Part shown: piece by piece, positions 6,401-8,798 of the stretch
How the letters are laid out: every line of letters starts with the position of its first letter
Numbering within the stretch: position 1 is the stretch's first letter
Assembly (NCBI GenBank): GCA_022560555.1
Contig: JADFSZ010000066.1
Location: 1 to 8,798 of the forward strand
DNA: 8,798 nucleotides
Direction of reading: 5' to 3'
Source: PVC group bacterium
GTDB lineage: Bacteria; GCA-001730085; JADFSZ01
Notes under the pieces: model-generated
Seen by the model: the letters and a program-made list of their open reading frames with translations, nothing else
The model's database searches: none
What the model was told of the DNA's origin: nothing
Program-made: the position numbers and the translations under genes

Positions 6401-6961
6401 ATGATAAAGAATATGATTAAGAAAAAACTATCAAGTGAATTTACAAAAATCGAATATTTCTCTGTTGCTCATGTAGATCGGCGCAGACATCCGCGAATGT
6501 CCTCGGATGGATTTACGTTTATCGAGATCTTGATCACACTTGCTATCATCGGAATTTTGTTTATTCCCGTGATGCAGATGTTTTCCTTTTCCGTATCGTC
6601 ATCAACTTCTACAAGGGATTTAATAACGGCTTTGAATCTCGGCAAGTGGGGGATGGAACGTATGAAAAACTTAAATGTTACTAAAAAAGAGCTTACGGAA
6701 ATGGGAGATCTGATTTACCCGTCTCAAGATAAGGAGCCATTGGAGATTAATAATACAAAATGGCGAATAGTACGGGAGATTTTCGAAGGGACGGATCCGC
6801 TGGAAGTTCGTGTCCACGTGTATTCCGTTACCAAGCTGGAATTGGAACGTTATCAGACAGAGGGTTTTCAATATGGTCAAGAGGATGAAATGAAGCCGCT
6901 CGTGACCTTGGTGACTCTTGTGGAGGATTTCCATTGGGAAGTCGTTGAGAATATTCAATAA
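6401..6961 (+). CDS. Prepilin-type minor pilin (GspI/J/PilV-like), N-terminal cleavage/methylation motif
   Basis: The class III signal is ..MSSDG|FTFIEILITLAIIGILFIPVMQMF, with Gly-1, Phe+1 and Glu+5. The start is uncertain. ATG 6401 or 6413 gives a 33-37 aa leader, and ATG 6497 gives a canonical 5-aa leader MSSDG. None of the three has a clear SD. Confidence 0.7.
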   Translation: MIKNMIKKKLSSEFTKIEYFSVAHVDRRRHPRMSSDGFTFIEILITLAIIGILFIPVMQMFSFSVSSSTSTRDLITALNLGKWGMERMKNLNVTKKELTEMGDLIYPSQDKEPLEINNTKWRIVREIFEGTDPLEVRVHVYSVTKLELERYQTEGFQYGQEDEMKPLVTLVTLVEDFHWEVVENIQ

Positions 6962-6977
6962 AAGGCGGGAACCGAAT

Positions 6978-8663
6978 ATGGAGCAGTCAGATTATCAAAA
7001 ATTAGGTGAGATTTTAGTTGATCAGGGATTGCTGACGCAAGCCCAGTTGGAAGATGCTTTAGCCGAGCAGGAAAGGACGGGAGTCTTTTTAGGAGAAATT
7101 CTTGTTAGCAAGGGCGTCTCCGACGATGTGACGATAGCCAGAGCTTTGAGCACACAATTAGGGTTCGCGTATGTCGATGTGAGCCAAATGACAGTAGACC
7201 CTGAGGCGCTTAATTTTTTGAACCAGGATGTTTGCCAGAGATTAAATGCTATTCCGCTTTATATCATGCGGGATAACTTAACGGTCGCGATGGCCAATCC
7301 TCTGGATGTGATCGCTGTTGATGAATTAGAAACCGTCTCGGGACAACGGATCAAACCGGTATTCGGAAGCGTTTCAATGATCCGGAAAGCCATCCAATCT
7401 AACTATCAGACTGAAAAAAATTCTACGCAAAACCTCATCAATTCCCCGCCTCCGACTTCTTTGACGGAAAACTTTGATTCTCTGGAAGAAGCGGCCAATT
7501 TAGCTCCTGTCATTAAAACAGTGGACCAAATGATTGAAAAAGCCGTTAGAATGAAAGCATCGGATATTCATTTAGAACCACGAAAAAATATTCTCAATTG
7601 CCGTTATCGGATAGACGGTATTTTAAGAGAAGCATCTAAAATTTCATTAACAGAACAAGCTGCGATTATTTCCCGGATTAAAATTATGTCGAATCTGGAT
7701 ATTGCCGAAAAACGCTTACCCCAAGACGGCCGGGTAAAGGTGAAGGTGTCCGGAAAGGATATTGATTTGCGTGTATCGACCTTTCCGACATTGTACGGGG
7801 AAAGTCTTGTCATGAGAATATTAGATCACTCGAGCGGAGTTCTGACGCCGGAGCAATTAGGATTTGACGGAGTAATTTTAGATGATTTTAATAAATTAAT
7901 AAAGCGGCCTTATGGAATGATTTTAGTGACCGGTCCGACGGGAAGCGGGAAAACCAGCACGCTTTACGCGGCCCTCGAGAAAATCAATAGTGAAGAAAAA
8001 AATATTATGACCTTGGAGGATCCTGTCGAATATGAAATGGATCGTGTTCGGCAATCTCAAGTAAACGTTAAAGCCGGTTTGACGTTTGCATCGGGTTTAA
8101 GGTCGATGGTCAGGCAAGACCCGGATATTATCATGATCGGAGAAATCCGTGATAAAGAAACGGCGGATATTGCCATGCATGCCGCCCTCACAGGGCATCT
8201 TGTTTTTTCTACTTTGCACACGAATGACGCGCCGTCCGCGGCCGCACGTTTGATTGACATGGGGGTTGAACCATTCTTGGTTTCATCGGCCATGATAGGA
8301 ATTCTGGCTCAGCGTTTGGTTCGCGTCCTTTGTCCGGATTGTAAAAAAGTTTTTCAAGGTTCTGTGAGTTTATTAAAAGATGTGGGATTTACCAAAAAAG
8401 CGGATAGTGATCAAAAAATATTTGAAGAAAATGGATGCGCGAATTGTCGTCAAAGCGGATTTATGGGACGAACCGGTATATTTGAATTGTTGATGATCAA
8501 TGATCCGATGAGGTCGGCGATCGCCCAAAAACAATCCGCTGTCAATTTGAAAAAAATCGCGGCCGAGAACGGTATGATCACATTACGTGAATCGGGTCTT
8601 CAAAAAGTTACAAAAGGTATAACATCCATTTCTGAGGTTCTTCGCGTCACAGATATCGTCTAA
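6978..8663 (+). CDS. pilB: Type IV pilus / T2SS assembly ATPase (PilB/GspE/MshE family) with an N-terminal MshEN (T2SSE_N) domain
   Basis: The ORF opens at 6918, but 6918-6961 overlaps the upstream gene. ATG 6978 follows AAGGCGGGA and places the MshEN domain at the very N-terminus (MEQSDYQKLGEILVDQGLLTQAQLEDALAEQ). Walker A is GPTGSGKTST (from 7932), the Asp box is LEDPVEY, Walker B is DPDIIMIGEIRD and the His box is TGHLVFSTLHTND. The tetracysteine Zn motif CPDC...CANC (8331-8447) is typical of assembly ATPases rather than PilT-type retraction ATPases. Confidence 0.94.
   Translation: MEQSDYQKLGEILVDQGLLTQAQLEDALAEQERTGVFLGEILVSKGVSDDVTIARALSTQLGFAYVDVSQMTVDPEALNFLNQDVCQRLNAIPLYIMRDNLTVAMANPLDVIAVDELETVSGQRIKPVFGSVSMIRKAIQSNYQTEKNSTQNLINSPPPTSLTENFDSLEEAANLAPVIKTVDQMIEKAVRMKASDIHLEPRKNILNCRYRIDGILREASKISLTEQAAIISRIKIMSNLDIAEKRLPQDGRVKVKVSGKDIDLRVSTFPTLYGESLVMRILDHSSGVLTPEQLGFDGVILDDFNKLIKRPYGMILVTGPTGSGKTSTLYAALEKINSEEKNIMTLEDPVEYEMDRVRQSQVNVKAGLTFASGLRSMVRQDPDIIMIGEIRDKETADIAMHAALTGHLVFSTLHTNDAPSAAARLIDMGVEPFLVSSAMIGILAQRLVRVLCPDCKKVFQGSVSLLKDVGFTKKADSDQKIFEENGCANCRQSGFMGRTGIFELLMINDPMRSAIAQKQSAVNLKKIAAENGMITLRESGLQKVTKGITSISEVLRVTDIV
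6999..7157 (+). other. Two tandem MshEN-type c-di-GMP-binding motifs within the ATPase N-terminal domain
   Basis: Motif 1 (6999-7070) is KLGEILVDQGLLTQAQLEDALAEQ. The spacer is ERTGV (5 aa). Motif 2 (7086-7157) is FLGEILVSKGVSDDVTIARALSTQ. Both fit the published 24-residue pattern RLGxx(L/V/I)(L/V/I)xxG(L/V/I)(L/V/I)xxxxLxxxLxxQ with a 5-residue spacer. Deviations are R->K in motif 1; in motif 2, R->F, one hydrophobic position ->S, and Ile at the first Leu position. Confidence 0.6.
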
Positions 8664-8750
8664 GCGGGCTCTTCCTAGAATATCTTCAAGGGCGAATGTA
8701 TTTTATTGTAAGTATTTTGGTGCATTACGCTTATATAAATAAAAATTTTA

Positions 8751-8756
8751 TATAAT
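8751..8756 (+). promoter_or_regulatory. Candidate sigma70 -10 box (TATAAT) in the AT-rich spacer downstream of the operon
   Basis: A perfect TATAAT at 8751-8756 is preceded by an A/T-rich UP-like tract (8737-8750). AGAGG (8771-8775) and ATG (8781) follow, and the ATG opens a frame (MVIDYL) running off the window. No convincing -35 lies at 17 bp spacing. TTGACT at 8761-8766 could instead be the -35 of a different promoter. Confidence 0.25.
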
Positions 8757-8798
8757 ATTGTTGACTATATAGAGGTTATCATGGTAATTGACTATTTG

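Noticed and set aside
6918-6977. The 5' extension of the ATPase ORF (MWRISIGKSLRIFNKRREPN)
   Set aside because: It overlaps the minor pilin gene. The MshEN domain normally starts at the extreme N-terminus, and ATG 6978 is preceded by an AAGGCGGGA SD-like sequence.
890-8293. Sixteen minus-strand ORFs of 60-128 aa from the ORF track, for example 2337..2723 (128 aa), 6671..6958 (95 aa) and 1683..1946 (87 aa)
   Set aside because: Each lies entirely or almost entirely antisense to a + strand gene with strong family-level motifs. Their translations are low-complexity, Arg/Ser/Ile-rich sequences with no recognisable motifs, and none has a convincing RBS. These are typical shadow ORFs.
8664-8710. 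A rho-independent terminator after the ATPase gene
   Set aside because: A T-rich run exists (tgtattttattg), but I could not find a GC-rich inverted repeat forming a stem immediately upstream.
1-8798. Over-representation of GATC and of GGATCC (BamHI site; 8 copies vs ~1.5 expected from base composition)
   Set aside because: GATC occurs 10 times in the first kb but only about 5 times in 7.0-8.0 kb, so the enrichment is not uniform. Six of the eight GGATCC sites are the same codon context, xxG-GAT-CCx (Asp-Pro), so codon and dipeptide usage explains them. There is no positional pattern suggesting a functional repeat.
1-8798. A search for CRISPR repeats, tRNA/rRNA-like segments, transposase or integrase motifs, and terminal inverted repeats
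   Set aside because: Nothing was found. Coding density on the + strand is about 97 percent, and every ORF is accounted for by the pilus machinery.

Overview
The whole window is one co-directional (+ strand), tightly packed operon with gaps of 1-45 nt. It encodes an almost complete type IV filament machine (type IV pilus, MSH-like or T2SS-like). In order, the genes are: (1) a 5'-truncated PilM fused in frame to a PilN-like module; (2) a PilO-like protein with a PilP/GspC-HR-like C-terminal domain; (3) a PilQ/GspD-family secretin with a ~310-aa C-terminal TPR extension (YbgF/BamD-like); (4) a PilC/GspF platform protein; (5) a cysteine-free GspG/PilA-like major pilin behind a perfect AAGGAGG ribosome-binding site; (6) a PilX-like protein; (7) a second prepilin-type minor pilin; (8) a PilB/GspE/MshE-type assembly ATPase whose N-terminus has two tandem MshEN-type c-di-GMP-binding motifs. 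The operon ends at 8663 in an AT-rich spacer with a perfect TATAAT and a possible next gene start at 8781. I found no rRNA, tRNA, CRISPR array, transposase or long repeat. All minus-strand ORFs in the track look like shadow ORFs. The interest lies in architecture, not in a new gene family. The alignment complex is compressed into two fusion proteins, and the secretin is fused to a TPR module. The domain order matches mshI-J-K-L-(M)-N of MSHA-type operons. Both prepilin genes appear to have unusually long, basic leaders of 37-44 aa that share an in-frame motif. All homology calls rest on motif recognition by eye; no database search was run. The source organism cannot be determined from the sequence alone.
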